Origin: Prasinococcaceae sp. CCMP 1430
Taxonomy: Eukaryota; Plantae; Prasinodermophyta
NCBI GenBank assembly: GCA_013416795.1
Contig: RQSC01001147.1
Coordinates: forward strand, 2,131-19,661
Length of the DNA: 17,531 nt
Reading direction: 5' to 3'
Part shown: positions 16,357 to 17,531 of the stretch, one piece after another
Layout: each line of letters opens with the position of its first letter
Numbering within the stretch: the stretch's first letter is position 1
Position numbers and translations under genes: made by a program
The notes under the pieces: generated by a model
Told to the model about the DNA's origin: nothing
Database searches by the model: none
What the model saw: only the letters and a program-made list of their open reading frames with translations

Positions 16357-17531
16357 TCAAGCGCGCCGCTGCCGCAGTGCGGCGCAGAGCATCTGCCGAA
16401 GCTCGGCTCCCTTCATGGGCTTGGTGAGGTAGCAGTCGGGCTTGCACTGCGAGTAGCACGCGTCAACGTCCTTCGGCGTGGCGTTGGCGGAGAGCATGCA
16501 TATGTAAGGCATCTCGCTCCCTGCCGCCGCCGCCTGCGCCACCCCCTCGCCCTCCGCTTCGCTCACGCCCTCTCCCGCCCTCCCCCACGACCCCACCTGC
16601 CCGCCGCCGCCGCCGCCGCCGTACGCCTCCCGGATGGCGTTGACGGCGTCAATGCCACCCATTCGCGGCATCTCCACGTCCATCAGGACCACGTCGAAGG
16701 GCTTGCCCGCCGCCCTGCTCGACATCACCATCTCGACGGCCTCCCGGCCGTCTATTACCGTCGTCACGTCGGACACGCCCACCCAGGAGCGCAGCAGGCG
16801 CACGAGCACGCGCCGGCTGAGCGCGTGGTCCTCGGCGATGAGCAGGCGCAGCCGCGGCAGCGCCGCCACCAGTTCCTGGTCGGCGGCAGCCCCCTCCGGC
16901 GCGTCCGCGTCGTACCCGGCCATCCATGCCGCGGCGCCGGCCCCCTCGCGGCCGCCGCCGGCGTCGGCGCCGCCGTCGGCGCCATCCGCGGCACCATCCG
17001 CGGCGGCGGTGGCGGCGACGCCGGCCACGTCAGCACCGCCATCGCCGTCGCCGCCGGCTTTGTCCTCGTCCGGCGGCACCACGAGGAAGGGCAGCGTGGC
17101 GCGAAAGTCCGAGCCCTCGCCCAGCTCCGAGTAGACGAGCTCGAGCCGCCCGCCGAGCGCCTGGCAGAGGCCGTGCGCGATGGCCATCTCGAGGCCCGTG
17201 CGGCGCGCCTTGTCGCCCGGCAGCTCCTTGGTGCCGCCCTCGTCCCTCCTCTCGGCGGCGGCGATCTCCGTGGCGCCCCACCACCCCGCGCCGCCGTACG
17301 AGCTCGCCTCGGGCACCTGCGCGAACGGCTGGAACACCTGCGCCTTCTGCGCCTCGGTGAGGCCCGCGCCGTCGTCCACCACGTCGAACTGCAGCCAGCA
17401 CAGCCGCCACGCCGCTGCCTCCCGCGGCGGCGCGGACGCCGCGGGCGTCGCTGCCGCGGGCGTCGACGCCGTCTTCTCCGCCGCGGGCGTCGCCGTCTCC
17501 ACCGCCGCCGCGGTGCGCGCGCGCTTGCTGG
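16357..17531 (-). CDS. Hybrid histidine kinase, C-terminal part (HATPase_c + receiver domain); 5' end outside the window
   Basis: G1 box VVDDGAGL, F box VFQPFAQ, G2-like TGLEMAI...LGGRLEL...GEGSDF. The receiver has LLIAEDH, FDVVLMDVEMP (phosphoacceptor Asp), MLSANA and YLTKP. The frame is open to the window edge. Confidence 0.9.
   Translation of the reverse strand, partial: SKRARTAAAVETATPAAEKTASTPAAATPAASAPPREAAAWRLCWLQFDVVDDGAGLTEAQKAQVFQPFAQVPEASSYGGAGWWGATEIAAAERRDEGGTKELPGDKARRTGLEMAIAHGLCQALGGRLELVYSELGEGSDFRATLPFLVVPPDEDKAGGDGDGGADVAGVAATAAADGAADGADGGADAGGGREGAGAAAWMAGYDADAPEGAAADQELVAALPRLRLLIAEDHALSRRVLVRLLRSWVGVSDVTTVIDGREAVEMVMSSRAAGKPFDVVLMDVEMPRMGGIDAVNAIREAYGGGGGGGQVGSWGRAGEGVSEAEGEGVAQAAAAGSEMPYICMLSANATPKDVDACYSQCKPDCYLTKPMKGAELRQMLCAALRQRRA

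Overview
This is GC- and CpG-rich eukaryotic nuclear DNA with densely packed genes and short spliceosomal introns. All four well-supported introns have GTRCGY donors and a GCTGAC branch site, and TGTAA follows several stop codons, which suggests a green alga, perhaps prasinophyte-like (inference). Genes in order: secreted Cys-rich tandem-repeat protein (-, runs into an assembly gap); MKKS/BBS6-like chaperonin (-); 1-Cys peroxiredoxin Prx6 (-, 1 intron); probable PsbP-like protein (+, 1 intron); UBC6/UBE2J-type E2 (-, 1 intron); small single-pass membrane protein (+); UPL6/UBE3C-like IQ-HECT E3 (-); renalase-like FAD oxidoreductase (-, interrupted by a gap); acyl-protein thioesterase with a C-terminal SAP-like module (+, 1 intron); and the 3' part of a hybrid histidine kinase (-). 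I found no rRNA, tRNA, CRISPR array or recognisable transposon, and no clearly new multi-gene system. The most interesting observations are the three knottin-like repeats plus a 510-bp higher-order Cys array, an algal BBS6 with an unresolved start, a possible acylation leader on Prx6, two head-to-head genes with almost no intergenic space, and recurring non-coding motifs. Family assignments come from motif recognition only; no database searches were run.
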